The position numbers and the translations under genes were made by a program. Below, piece by piece: positions 10,902 to 21,499 of a stretch of DNA of 64,000 nucleotides; position 1 is the stretch's first letter, and each line of letters starts with the position of its first letter. The stretch lies in the IMG/VR virus record IMGVR_UViG_3300033233_000011; one strand, 5' to 3'. The notes under the pieces were generated by a model. The model saw only the letters and a list, made by a program, of their open reading frames with translations, made no database searches and was not told the origin of the DNA. The DNA is from an uncultured virus (IMG/VR IMGVR_UViG_3300033233_000011). Taxonomy: Duplodnaviria; Heunggongvirae; Uroviricota; Caudoviricetes.

Positions 10902-11375
10902 TCAGTGGATCTTGAACCCGCCGCAGTCGCGCAGGAACGCGATGAACTCGCGGACGTTGTCGACGTCGAACGGGTAGCTCGTATCCCACGGGCGGCGCCA
11001 GCCCGAGGCTTCGCAGCCGTTGCAGGGCTGCTTGCCCGGTCCGGTCTTCGGCGGCACTGCGCGCTTGCCGGTGCCGCCGCAGATTTCACACGATTCGCTC
11101 GGCATCGCTTCGAGCGTCGCTGCGCGCTCGCGGGCGTACTGCTCGGTGCGGCCGGCGTCGATCTCTTCTTGCAGCCTGGCGGCGAGCTTCACCGAGCGCG
11201 CCGCGTTCAGTCCCTTGCCGTCGTTGTAGTGGCCAGCTTTTGCGAGCTGTGCGTCGATCAGTTCCGGTGCAACCTCGCAGCAGTAGTCCCACAGCGGGCG
11301 CCACCACCAGCAGTTGTTGCGGAAGTATTTGCCCGTCTCGCTGCTCGGCTTCTTGCCGTAGACATCCATTCCCAT
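10902..11375 (-). CDS. Hypothetical protein with DnaJ-type CxxCxGxG zinc-finger repeats
   Basis: CEICGGTG and CNGCEASG; preceded by the start-associated sequence. Confidence 0.75.
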   Translation of the reverse strand: MGMDVYGKKPSSETGKYFRNNCWWWRPLWDYCCEVAPELIDAQLAKAGHYNDGKGLNAARSVKLAARLQEEIDAGRTEQYARERAATLEAMPSESCEICGGTGKRAVPPKTGPGKQPCNGCEASGWRRPWDTSYPFDVDNVREFIAFLRDCGGFKIH

Positions 11376-11908
11376 TGGTCGGTCTCCTTTTTCAGGTCAC
11401 GTTCATCCAGCGTTCGTCGTCTCGGTTCGGCTTGACTTCGACCCAGCCCCGCTCCCGCACCAGCTCCCGGGCGTCTTGCAGCGCCGCGCGCTGAAAGCCG
11501 CGCGGGCGCACGTCGTCCGCCTCGGCGATCTTCTCGCGCGTGCGGGCGTCGCGCACGACGCCGCGGCAGGCCAGGGTGAGGCCCTCGGTGCGGAAGTCGA
11601 TGTAGACGGAGCGGGTCACGGGCGCCTCCCCGCGGGCCGGTCGCCGCCCTGCGCGGCGAAGACGTCGATCGAGTCGGGGTCGCCGCGGACGGGGGCGGTC
11701 CGGGGTGGGACGCCGAGCGCCACGCGGTCGCCTACCTTGACATCGGGAGGTGCGAGCCAGAAGCGGAGCTTCTCGGACCGCGCGCCGTCCCGGTCGGTGT
11801 ACCGGGCAACGACGGCGCTGATCGGATCGGTCGTGCCTTCCACGACGGCGCCCGGGCCAGCGCCGAAGCGCGCGTCGTCGAGCATGATGACGATGAGCGG
11901 CGCGGACA

Positions 11909-12244
11909 TCAGTGCTTGCTCCAGGTCACGCCGTCATGCGTGTGGAGCCCAGCCGCCACGGCCCGCGCGTCGACCTTGCGGCCGGCGAGCTTCTCGGCCT
12001 TCGCCACGGCCTGGCGCAGCGCCCAGCTATTCGCGGCGGTCAGCGTCCGGTACGCGCACACGTCCGAGACGTCGCGCCGGTTGTCTCCGTCCCAGCCGTC
12101 GAACATGATGCCGCCCTGCGGGCCGACCTTCACGCGCGCGCGGCCGCTGTTGAGCGCGTCTTCGAGGAGCTTCAGGGCCGATTCGATCTCGGTCCGGCGC
12201 TCGGCCGGGGTCTGGTTCTTGCGGACGTAGGTGTCACAGGGCAT
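11909..12244 (-). CDS. Hypothetical protein near the AAA ATPase module
   Basis: MPCDTY start with AAGGA upstream; GC3-biased frame. Confidence 0.65.
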   Translation of the reverse strand: MPCDTYVRKNQTPAERRTEIESALKLLEDALNSGRARVKVGPQGGIMFDGWDGDNRRDVSDVCAYRTLTAANSWALRQAVAKAEKLAGRKVDARAVAAGLHTHDGVTWSKH

Positions 12245-12486
12245 CGGACAATTCCTTTTCCGAGACTTCTCGCCAAGCTCGCGGGCGGACCTGTTCGTAG
12301 ATGGCAACATGCGTGGCCCCCACTGCGTTCGCCTTTGCTGAACTGAGCGTGTTCGTCTCAGCGAGACATCGCCGTCCCTTGCCGTCGTCGACCACGACGG
12401 CGAAACGGTGGCCAAGGGCACCGATCCAGCGCAGCACTTCAGCGTCCGCGGCCGAGATGCCGGCGCCTTTCATCGTGCGATCCATC

Positions 12487-13212
12487 TCAGACCTCCAGCG
12501 CCCGCGCCGGCTCGGCGCTCTCGACCACACCCGCCCGCACTGGCTCCACGTCCAGGAACGCGAACCGGCTCATCTCGACCGCGGCGAGCTGGGTCTCCAG
12601 CCCCTTCGCGGTCTCGCCGTCCTTCGCCGCCTTGGTCAGCTCCCGGGCCGCCTTGCGAGCGGCCTCGATCCCGACCTGGACGCGCGCGGCGCTCGACTCG
12701 TCGAGCACGCCCGAGACCTGCTTGACCTTCGTCGCCGCCTCGCGGATCTCCTCGACGTCGCCGGCCTTGATCCCCTGCGCCATCCGGGCGAGTAGCCCCT
12801 CGATCTCGCTCGCGACGGCCTTGGCCGCCTCGGCTTCCGACTCGGCGATCCTGAGCTGCAAGACGAACAGCTCGACGCGCGTGGACTGCGCGCCCGCGTT
12901 GTGGACGGCGCAGAGCGTGCGCGCGTTCTCGACCGCTTCGTTCAGCTCGGGGATCCGAGCGGTCGGGCAGAGCAGCAACCGGCTCGCGTTGATGCACACC
13001 TTCTCGACGAGTCGCCGGGCCTCGCTGCGCGTGTTCGAGGCGCGCGTGAACTCGGCCGGGTCCGCGATCTCGCGCCGGGTCTCCCAGCTCGCGACGGCCG
13101 CGCCGCCTCCGTTGGTGTGCTCGACTTCCAGCTCCTTGCGGAAGTAGGCGACACCGCCCTTCACTGACGATTCCAGAATCACGATGACTCCGGGCTTCAA
13201 GATGGTCAACAT
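12487..13212 (-). CDS. Alpha-helical hypothetical protein downstream of the AAA ATPase
   Basis: 241 aa, start-associated sequence, coiled-coil character. Confidence 0.75.
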   Translation of the reverse strand: MLTILKPGVIVILESSVKGGVAYFRKELEVEHTNGGGAAVASWETRREIADPAEFTRASNTRSEARRLVEKVCINASRLLLCPTARIPELNEAVENARTLCAVHNAGAQSTRVELFVLQLRIAESEAEAAKAVASEIEGLLARMAQGIKAGDVEEIREAATKVKQVSGVLDESSAARVQVGIEAARKAARELTKAAKDGETAKGLETQLAAVEMSRFAFLDVEPVRAGVVESAEPARALEV

Positions 13213-13270
13213 TTGGTCGGTCTCCTTGCTTCGTGTGTTAGGTGAAACGTCCTACTCGGTCAATCTATTC

Positions 13271-14842
13271 TCACAAATCGAGCGCTCGCCCCGCGCCCGC
13301 GCCCTCGGCGGCCTCGGGCAGCGACGCCGGCCGCGCGCGGCCCTTGGCCCAGTCGCGGAGGCCCTGGATCTTCTCGGCCTGGGTCTTCGACGACGGGACG
13401 ACGCTCAGCGCGGAGGTGATGAGGTCGTCGATCGTCAGGTCGCGCTCTGCCTCGGTGAAGGCGTAGAAGAGCGCGTCCGGGACGAGCGCTGCGATCTCGG
13501 CGCCGGTGAAGCCGCGGGTGTGAGGTTCGAGGATCCCGAGGTCGCCGACCTGTTCGGGGTCGCGCCTGTAGAGGCGCAGCGACGCGGCTAGGATGTCCCG
13601 GCGCTCGCGCGCCGTGGGAAGATCGACGAAGAACGTCTCGTCGAACCGGCCCTTGCGCGTCAGCTCGGGCGGCAGGTAGCGCGTTTCGTTCGCGGTCGCG
13701 ATCGTGATGATCGATCCCGATCGATCCTGCATCCAGGTCAGGAACGTGCCGAGCATGTCCGACGAGACGCCGCCGTCGCCCTGTGGCCCGCTCGCGCCGG
13801 CGAGGGACTTCTCGATCTCGTCGAGGAAGAGAATGCAGGGCGCCACGGCCTCGACGACGGCGAGGGCCTTGCGGAAGCCGGCCTCGGATTCGCCGACGTA
13901 TTTGCTCTTCGTCGCGCCCATGTCGAGCCGGACGATCGGCAGTTGCAGCGCTGCGCCCGCGCACTTGGCGACGAGCGTCTTGCCGCAACCACTGATCCCG
14001 TACAGGAAGATCCCCTTCGGGGGCGGCAGGCCGAAAGTGCGAGCGCGGGGTGACAAGGCGGTCTTCATGCGCCGCAGGCAGCTCTTGACGTTGTCGAGCC
14101 CGCCGATCGCGTCGAACCCTCGCGGGTCCGGGTCGTAGATCGTCAGCCCCGAGGCCTGCGACACGATCCGCTTCTTCTCTCCCGAGACCTGCGCCGGGTC
14201 GATGCGCCGCACCGTGACCAGACTCTTGGCGTACGAGTTCCCCGCGCCCTGGCCCGTGAGCCCCGTCGCCGCGTCGATCGCCGCCTCGCGCCGGCCGTTC
14301 ACGAGGTCGCCCTTGACCGCGTCGCGCAGCGGGTTCCCGTCGCGATCTTTCTCGGCCAGGACGTCGACCGCGCGGTCGAGGATCGCCGCCAGCTCCTGCC
14401 GTTCGGGCAGGGGCCAGTCGATGACGGTCGCCAGGTCCGAAAGCTCCGGGGGGACTTTCGCCTCGGGCGTCAGCACGATGATGCTCCGCGCCTCGGTGCC
14501 GGGCGATCCTTGCAGGTCCCTCGCCAGGTTCTTGAGCTTGCGGATCGTCGGGTAGTCGAGGCAGGCGTGCAGGTCCCGGAGCACGTACACGGCGCGCGCC
14601 GTGCGCTCGCGGATCGTCGCCAGGATCCGCGCGGGGTCGCCGTTCGGGTCGATCACTTCGCCGCTCGCGTCGCAGAGGCCCTTGTCGCAGTCCCAGAAGA
14701 GCACCGGGTACCCGGCCGCTTTCGCGGCGGCCTTGATCTGGTCCTCGACGCGGGGCTCCTCGACGGAGACCGTCCAGACGAGCGTCACGCGGGAGCGCAG
14801 GAGCGCGGAGAGGTCGTCCCGGGCTTGGTCGTTCTTGGTCAT
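13271..14842 (-). CDS. AAA+ ATPase (Ycf46-like, with a degenerate N-terminal AAA domain)
   Basis: Walker A GISGCGKT, Walker B ILFLDEIEK, SKYVGESE, TAN...LPPELTRKGRFDE. Confidence 0.92.
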   Translation of the reverse strand: MTKNDQARDDLSALLRSRVTLVWTVSVEEPRVEDQIKAAAKAAGYPVLFWDCDKGLCDASGEVIDPNGDPARILATIRERTARAVYVLRDLHACLDYPTIRKLKNLARDLQGSPGTEARSIIVLTPEAKVPPELSDLATVIDWPLPERQELAAILDRAVDVLAEKDRDGNPLRDAVKGDLVNGRREAAIDAATGLTGQGAGNSYAKSLVTVRRIDPAQVSGEKKRIVSQASGLTIYDPDPRGFDAIGGLDNVKSCLRRMKTALSPRARTFGLPPPKGIFLYGISGCGKTLVAKCAGAALQLPIVRLDMGATKSKYVGESEAGFRKALAVVEAVAPCILFLDEIEKSLAGASGPQGDGGVSSDMLGTFLTWMQDRSGSIITIATANETRYLPPELTRKGRFDETFFVDLPTARERRDILAASLRLYRRDPEQVGDLGILEPHTRGFTGAEIAALVPDALFYAFTEAERDLTIDDLITSALSVVPSSKTQAEKIQGLRDWAKGRARPASLPEAAEGAGAGRALDL

Positions 14843-17800
14843 GGCTTCGTCTCCTCGAAGGCGAGCTTGACCTGTTCGAGCAGGGCCGCCTCGGACTCCT
14901 CGGCCGTGGCGAGCGCTTCGCGGAGTCTGTGCAGCGCTGTCTCTGCCGCGGTGACGGCGATGCGCGTGTCGGATGCAGCGCGTTGTGCGACGCGATGCAG
15001 AGCTTGAATGGCGGCGAAGTCGATGGTCATTTGGTCGGTCTCCCTGTCCCCCGTCGTTAGGTGAAACGTCCTAGCCCTGGTCCCCATTCCCGCGTTCCTG
15101 CCGGCGGTCGCGGTCCCGCTCGCCCGAGAGCACGTACGCCAGATCGGCCGGCGTCGCCTCGGTCACGCGCTCGCCCTCTACCAAGTACAGGCGCGGTTCC
15201 GGGCCGCCCGGTGTCCGGACCGTGACCACGCGCTCGCGGATCCGCGTCTCCGTCATGGTGCTCCGGTACTTGTCGGCCGAGATCACGTGCGTCCCGCACG
15301 TGTAGAGCAGCCAGCCGAACGCCGCGGGGCAGTCCGAAGAGCGGAGCATGTTGAGATCGTGGACGTGGAGGTCGGTCGCGAAACTCTGCGGCAGGCCGTG
15401 CTTCTTGGACTCGGCGCAGAGCGCCGCGTAGGTGCGATCGGCCGGGGTCTGGGGCTTCTTCTTGGGCATGGGTCAGGCTCCGATCTTCTGCGCGTCGTCG
15501 CGCACGTTGTAGCCGGCGATCCGGTTCCGCGCCGAGACGATGCGCTCGCACGCGATCCGCTCGGACAGGTACTCGGGGAGCCCCGCGAACGTCCGACAGT
15601 CACCGTCCCACCGATCGACGTACTTCGCGATCGTGTGCGGGCGCTGGCCCGGGTGACGGAACGTGATTACGACGATCCCACCGTCCGCGCGCTTCGCCCC
15701 GAAGAGCTGGGCGCGGTAGTGGTCTTCGCCGTCGATCCACCAGTCTTCGACGTGATCCGGCTTGTCGCCGTTCGCGACGTAGCCGAGCGCCAGCGATAGG
15801 ATGCCAGCCTCTTCACGGTTCGCGTTCGCGCGCTCGACGGCTTGGTCTCGGGTTTCGCGTTTCATGACTTCACCGCGTTCGGATCCTGCGGAGCCAGCAC
15901 GCCGATTTCCTGGAGCTGTTCGGCGGTCCCGACGTACCACTTGCCGCGGGGCGGAAAGATACTCCAGCCGAAGAGCAAGCCACGCTCGACGGCGAGCGCT
16001 CGCGCGGTTTCTTCGTTGTTGCACGAGAGCATCGGTCAGGCCTCCCACTTGATGAGCTTCAGGCTGTACGGCAGTCCCGCCAGGTGTTCGCGGCCCCAGA
16101 CGATAGCCTCTTCCTCGGTCGCGAACGCGCCGCGAGTGAGGGGATCGAACGCTCCGCCGCGCTCGGTCTCGGTCGGGTGCCACTCGGTCGCGAACGCGCT
16201 CGGCACGCTCGGGACCACGAGGGTCCAGTAGTCGTTTCCTTCTTTCAGGGGCATTGGTCGGTCTCCTTTTCGATCTTCTTACCGGCTCGGGTGCGTGGCA
16301 AGCCGCTTGCAACGCGCCCGAACCGGTTAGGGCTCGGGTCCTACCTCACTTCACCAGCGTCGCGATTGCCCTCAGTTTCTCGGCGCGCTCGCGTGCCGCT
16401 GCGCTGCGTGCGGTCGCGTTGCCGGAGAGCTGCGCATCCAGCGCCGCGTGCAACGCCTTGAGCGCGTCGCCGTCGCGATCGTACTTGACCAGATCACGCG
16501 CGGCCTCCTCCGCGGTGCTGTATTCGACCGCGGCCTCCCACGTGGTCGTAGACCCCTGCCAGCGGGACCAGCCGCCGCTGTACTTGAGCCACGCGATCCG
16601 GCCGTCCGTCAGCAGGAAGACGTCGGAGCCGTCGAACGCGCCAGAATTCGCGCGCGCGTCGCACCTGCCCGGGCCCACGGCGTCCGTATCGAGGTGGACC
16701 CCGCGCTCGGGTAGATGCGTGCCGGTCTCCACCTGATCGTAGTTCACGTCACCGAGGTGCGACTGGCGGCTGCTCACCTTGATCCGGCTCGCGAGCGCCC
16801 GCAGCGCGGGGCGAACCGCGTCGAGCGCGACCTGGAGCACTGCAGCGCGGGCCCCGCGCTCCTCGGTGACGGCCGCCGCCAGATCCTCGTGCTGCGCGGC
16901 GACGGCTGCCGCTTTTTCGGACAGATCGTTGATCGTTTCCATTGGACTACTGCTTTCTGCGGCTCCTCGCCGCTGTTTCGGCCACTCCTCGTGGCCTAGT
17001 GCCCGCTCGCGGAGCCATCCGCGAGAGCGCCGGGGGCCGTCCCGGCTCGGGCTTTCGATCATGCAGCGTGACGGGGGGCCTCCTTTGCTAGCGCGTTGAA
17101 GAGCGCGCCGATCTTCACGGTCTCGGCGCCGCACGCGAACATGAAGCGCTCGACGTCGAACCGGGGGTTCTCCTCGCGAAAGAACACGGCGAAGAGAGTC
17201 GCGGTGTTCTCGCGGCAGCTTGCCTTGGGAATCGCCGCGACGAGTCGCGCGGCGCGGACGAAGTCTTTCTTGGTACGCATTTGGTCGGTCTCCTTGTTTC
17301 GCGTTTCCGTTACTGCCGCGGAGCTACCTCCGGCGCCCTGCGGCAGGCCCAGACGTCGCTGTCCAGCGCGCCCGCGGCCTCCTCCGCGGCGATGATCTCG
17401 TCCAGGTGCGAGAGCAAGAAGTCACACGCGCCGTCCAGCTCTTCCAGCGTGAGACTCTGAATCAGCACGCCGTCTTCCTCGATGATGAGAGTAGCCATTT
17501 GGTCGGTCTCCTTCGGTCTCCGTTGCTGCCGTCGTGTCGTTAGGTGATACGTCCTACTGCGATCCCTCATTCCCCGGTCCGATCTTTTTTTCGATCGGGC
17601 CGGGACGCGAGGGCCTCACTCGGCCGCTTGCGCTACCTCCTCCGCTGGCGAGTCGCCGTCGATGCCGCGGAACGAGGCGAGCGCGGCGAGCGCCGCGGGC
17701 AGGTAGCAGGGCACGCCGCGAACCAGCGCCCAGCCGGCGCGCACGCGGCCCGTGGGTGAGAAGGCGTCGCGGAACGCGGGCGCGGTCGCGAAGCGTGCCC

Positions 17801-18098
17801 ACTGCGCGGCGTCCGCGTCGCGCGCGGCCTTCGCGGCGTCGCGCTCGCTCTTCACATGCGCGCGGGCCACGCTGGCCAGCTCCGCGAAGCCCCGGGCGTT
17901 GCCGCGCACGACGTCGCGCTCGCCCTTCGCAGCGTCGCGCGCCTGCTTCGCGACGATTCGGCCCGCCTGCTTCTCCGCGCGCTCGCGCTCGGACTGCGCC
18001 GGTCGCGCGCCGAGGAGGAGCCACGCGCGATCCCAGATCGCGCCTTGGGTCGGGACGGGCGCGGGGCCCTCGTGCCTGATTTCGTTGTGGGTGTACAT
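14839..18098 (-). other. Leftward early-type small genes (14839-15030, 15071-15469, 15473-15865, 16036-16254, 16346-16942, 17059-17280, 17310-17498, 17616-18098)
   Basis: Most begin at a start-associated sequence or at a stop/start overlap. Confidence 0.65.
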
Positions 18099-18149
18099 GG
18101 TCGGTCTCCTTCGGTTCCGTTGCGATTGCAATACTAGGATGCAACACCT

Positions 18150-18640
18150 AGGCCAAGTCTCCTACCGAACCTCCCCTAATGATTCCGCACACTTAGCGCT
18201 CGACGCGGTGCATCATGTGTGTCTTTTGCCGCAACACTGTGGCGTCACAGATACAGTTACCAGTGATTCCGCACAGTTACCGGCGACCTTGACGGTAACT
18301 CGTCAGGCCCTCCGGTTGCCGGTAACTGGGTGCCTCGACCGGGCCGGTTACCGGTAACTGAAAACTGGACGAGCGGTCAATTTGAGCCGTCCGGCCAGAA
18401 TTGGACCCCTGAAAACTGGCCGGGTGGAATGAATTGGTGAAAACTGGCCGGTCGGATCAAATTGACCGATCGGCCAGAATTGGGCAACGGTGTGGATCTA
18501 TTGGGGCCCTTTTTCGACCGTCCCGGCATTGAGCAGCCAATGCGGCCCGATAGCTGCGCGCTGGCCCGTTCGATTCCCGTCCCATACCAGCCGGCTTTTT
18601 GCGTTGCCAGATCCGCCCCCGCGTGCTAGCGGTCGGGGGC
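18150..18640. promoter_or_regulatory. Divergent intergenic region with iterated short repeats (candidate origin or control region)
   Basis: Strand switch, lower GC, TGAAAACTGG x3, CGGCCAGAATTGG x2, multiple CAGTTACC/GGTAACTG, GATTCCGCAC x2. Confidence 0.55.
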
Positions 18641-18943
18641 TCATGGATCCGACTTCCGACTCGCTGCTTTTGTGCTGCGGCGGCAAGAAATGCCCGACGA
18701 TCTCAGCCAAACCCGACGGATCATTCGCGCTCAGCGACGCGGCCGAGGGCTGCCCGCCGATCGCGCTCAGCCGCGAGCAAGCGGCGCTCATGGTGACGTG
18801 GCTCGGGACGAAGCTCCGCGCGCCGGCCGAAGCGGCCGAGTGAGGCTCGTTCGGCTGTTTCTCTGCTCGATCTGCGATCGTGAGGCCGTCGCGTCGCGCG
18901 GGGCCCTGGTGCTCTGCGCCGAGTGCGCCGGGATGCTCGCCGG

Positions 18944-19423
18944 ATGAGCCTCGCCGCGATCGTAGCCGAGGCCGCCGCGGTCGCGTTCGTCGCCACGCGC
19001 GGCAACCTTTTCAAGCCGTTGCGCGTGCGCGGTCCGGCCTGGTGGCGCGAGCTGTCCACGTGCCAGCTCTGCGCCGGGACGTGGGCCGGGATCGTCTTCG
19101 CCCTCGCCTCCGGCTGGGCTTCGGGGCCGCTGGCCGCGCGCGGGCTCGCCGCGCTCGGGGCCGGGTGCCTGGCCGGCGTTCTGGCCATGTTCCTGCGCCT
19201 TTGCGCCGACGCCGCCGAGGCGTTCGCGGCCTCGCACGAGGCGCAGGCGAAGGCCCAGGGCGCGCAGGCCGACGCCGCGGTCGGCATGACGGCGGCCTTG
19301 CAGGAACAGGCTCAGGCGATGGTGGCTTCTGCTGAGGCGGATCAGCAGCGAAACGTCATCTACGAGCGCTCGATGCCGCCGCGCCCGATGGCACGGGTAC
19401 AGCCGCTCAAGCCGGTAAAATGA
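18944..19423 (+). CDS. DUF1360-like membrane protein
   Basis: ELSTCQLCAGTW motif flanked by hydrophobic helices. Confidence 0.5.
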   Translation: MSLAAIVAEAAAVAFVATRGNLFKPLRVRGPAWWRELSTCQLCAGTWAGIVFALASGWASGPLAARGLAALGAGCLAGVLAMFLRLCADAAEAFAASHEAQAKAQGAQADAAVGMTAALQEQAQAMVASAEADQQRNVIYERSMPPRPMARVQPLKPVK

Positions 19424-20234
19424 GCCAGAAACAGCCCCAGGACCCCGGCCAGCCCCCGTACTGCGGCAAGCTCGTCAGGGTGCACTGACCGTGTACGCGA
19501 GCGGCACGCCGACCCTGACGACGCCGTGGATCACGTGGGCGCCGCCGTCGATCGTCTACTCGTCGAACTGGGCCGATCCGCAGGAGATCGAGGGCTTCTC
19601 GCCGGTGGCGGAGGCGAAGGCCGCGCGCCTCCTGCGGCTCACCGCCGAGGCGATCGATCGGGCGATCTGCTGGCTCCGGAAGCTGCGCCCGCGGGCGCCC
19701 GCGCTGCCGGCGTTCAGCGTCCAGCCGGCGCGGGCGTGCTCGCTCTCGGGCTCCTGGCGCGCGCAGGGACCGCCGTGAAACGCCTGCGCCTGGCCCTCTG
19801 GGGGGCCGCCTGGTTCGTCGCGCGCCGGGGCCTGGGCTTCCGGCACCCAGCGGCGATCTGGGCCGAGGATCGCTGGTCGCGGGCATGGTGGCGGGCGCGG
19901 GGCCGCGCGGCGTGACGGCCTGCAAGAACTGCCGCAAACCGGTCAAGCTGACGTTCTCGCTGCGGACGCGGCTCGGCGTTCTCGGGATCCGCTGCGCGAA
20001 TTGCCTGCGGGTCTACTGCCTGCCGTGCGCGTACGGGCACTTCCGGATGCAGCCGCCGGCCTGGCTCCGGCGCCTGGCGCGCAAGCGAAGTCGCCAGAGG
20101 CGCGCCCGCGCGGCCAGCCGAACGCAGCCCCATGTGCGGGCGCAGCGTCGCCGGCCTTGCCCTCCGGCCGACGTAAGGCGCATTCTGCGGCCCACTGACG
20201 GAATCTCTCACTTACCGTCAGTGGTGAAATTCCA

Positions 20235-21329
20235 TTGTCAGTGAAAAAGATCGTGGTCGTCGGCGGGGTGGTCGTGCTCCGGCGAGACCATCCGGAGCCG
20301 GCGGCGCACACCGATGCCGTTGAGGCGCCGACTGCTGCGATCGAGGTTGTCCCGCGCGAACCAGCCGTTCTGGCCCGTTTTGGGGTTCCAGTGCCACTTC
20401 CGACGCCGAACGGCGCCGACGTGCTCGCGGACTTCCTCAGCAGCCGCTCGGAGGAGACCGTGCGCGCCTACCGCCGGGACCTCTCGCTGTTCGCCCAGTT
20501 CTTAGGGCTCGCCCCGGGTGATGTGCAGGGGGCCATCGCGACGCTCGTCGCGGCGACCGAGCAACAGGCGCGCCTTGCCGTCAAGAACTGGCTCGTGAAG
20601 ATGCAGGCTGAAGGGCTGTCGGCGGCGACGCGCGCTCGGCGGCTCGGCTCGCTGAAGAAACTCGTGCGTGTCGCACGCGAAGCCAAGGTCATCGACTGGT
20701 ACCTCTCGCTGCAGCCGCCGAAGAAGGAGCCGGTTCGTGACAATCGCGGCCCCGGCGTCGACGTCGTCCGGCAGATGCTTGCCGTCTGCGGCGGCGACGT
20801 CGAGGGGTTGCGCGACCGCGCGATCGTGACTCTGCTCGGGATCGCTGGCCTGCGACGTTCCGAGGTCTCGTGGCTGAAACTCCGGGACTACGACCGGGCG
20901 AGTCGCGTGCTCAAGTTCCTGCGCAAGGGGGGCAAGTCGTTCACGTTCGTGATGCCGGCCGAGGACGCCAAGACGCTCGAAGCGTGGCTCGTGGCATCGG
21001 GGAACCGGACCAATCCAGTGTCCCCACTCGTCTACTCGCTCACCTGCTCGGCCGTCGGGCGCCGACTCAGCCCGACCGGCGTGTACTTCACCGTGCAGAA
21101 ACTCGCCAAGAAGATCGGTACCGATCTGCACGTCAGGCCGCACGGGTTGCGGCACACAGCGATCACCACGTCCGAGAAGAAGACCAACGGCAACGTCGTC
21201 GCGATGCAGAGCTTTTCTGGGCACGCGAGCGTGCAGACCTTGATGGGCTACATCGACGACAAGAACGAGAAGGGCTCCGAGGTGCTGCGCCTGGTCTCGG
21301 AGGAGGTGCACGGGCCGAAACAGTCTTGA
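20235..21329 (+). CDS. Tyrosine recombinase (XerC/D-like)
   Basis: SEETVRAYRRDL, RDRAIV...GLRRSEV, HGLRHTAIT, SGHASVQTLMGY; start codon uncertain. Confidence 0.92.
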   Translation: MSVKKIVVVGGVVVLRRDHPEPAAHTDAVEAPTAAIEVVPREPAVLARFGVPVPLPTPNGADVLADFLSSRSEETVRAYRRDLSLFAQFLGLAPGDVQGAIATLVAATEQQARLAVKNWLVKMQAEGLSAATRARRLGSLKKLVRVAREAKVIDWYLSLQPPKKEPVRDNRGPGVDVVRQMLAVCGGDVEGLRDRAIVTLLGIAGLRRSEVSWLKLRDYDRASRVLKFLRKGGKSFTFVMPAEDAKTLEAWLVASGNRTNPVSPLVYSLTCSAVGRRLSPTGVYFTVQKLAKKIGTDLHVRPHGLRHTAITTSEKKTNGNVVAMQSFSGHASVQTLMGYIDDKNEKGSEVLRLVSEEVHGPKQS

Positions 21330-21361
21330 CTGCTCAAGCATCCTGATCTACACCTACCCGC

Positions 21362-21499
21362 ATGCAGAAGAACCCCGCCGCCGTCGCGCTCGGAAAGCTC
21401 GGCGGCAAGAAGGGCGGCCCCGCGCGCGCCGCGAAGCTCACGGCGAAGCGCCGGCAGGAGATCGCGCGCAAGGCCGCGCGGGCTCGGTGGGGCAAGTGA
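21362..21499 (+). CDS. 45-aa basic protein (KNPAAVALGKLGGKKGG type), probably nucleic-acid binding
   Basis: MQKNPAAVALGKLGGKKGGPARAAKLTAKRRQEIARKAARARWGK; TTGACT-17-TACACC upstream. Confidence 0.75.
   Translation: MQKNPAAVALGKLGGKKGGPARAAKLTAKRRQEIARKAARARWGK

Larger units (their letters stand above)
10883..18111 (-). repeat. Eight copies of start-associated sequence (A)AGGAGACCGACC(A)0-2ATG
   Basis: Abuts ATGs at 10885, 11375, 13212, 15030, 16254, 17280, 17498 and 18098. Confidence 0.95.

Noticed and set aside
10883..18111. Start-associated repeats as a CRISPR array
   Set aside because: Repeats are only ~14-17 bp, irregularly spaced by whole genes, and no cas genes are present
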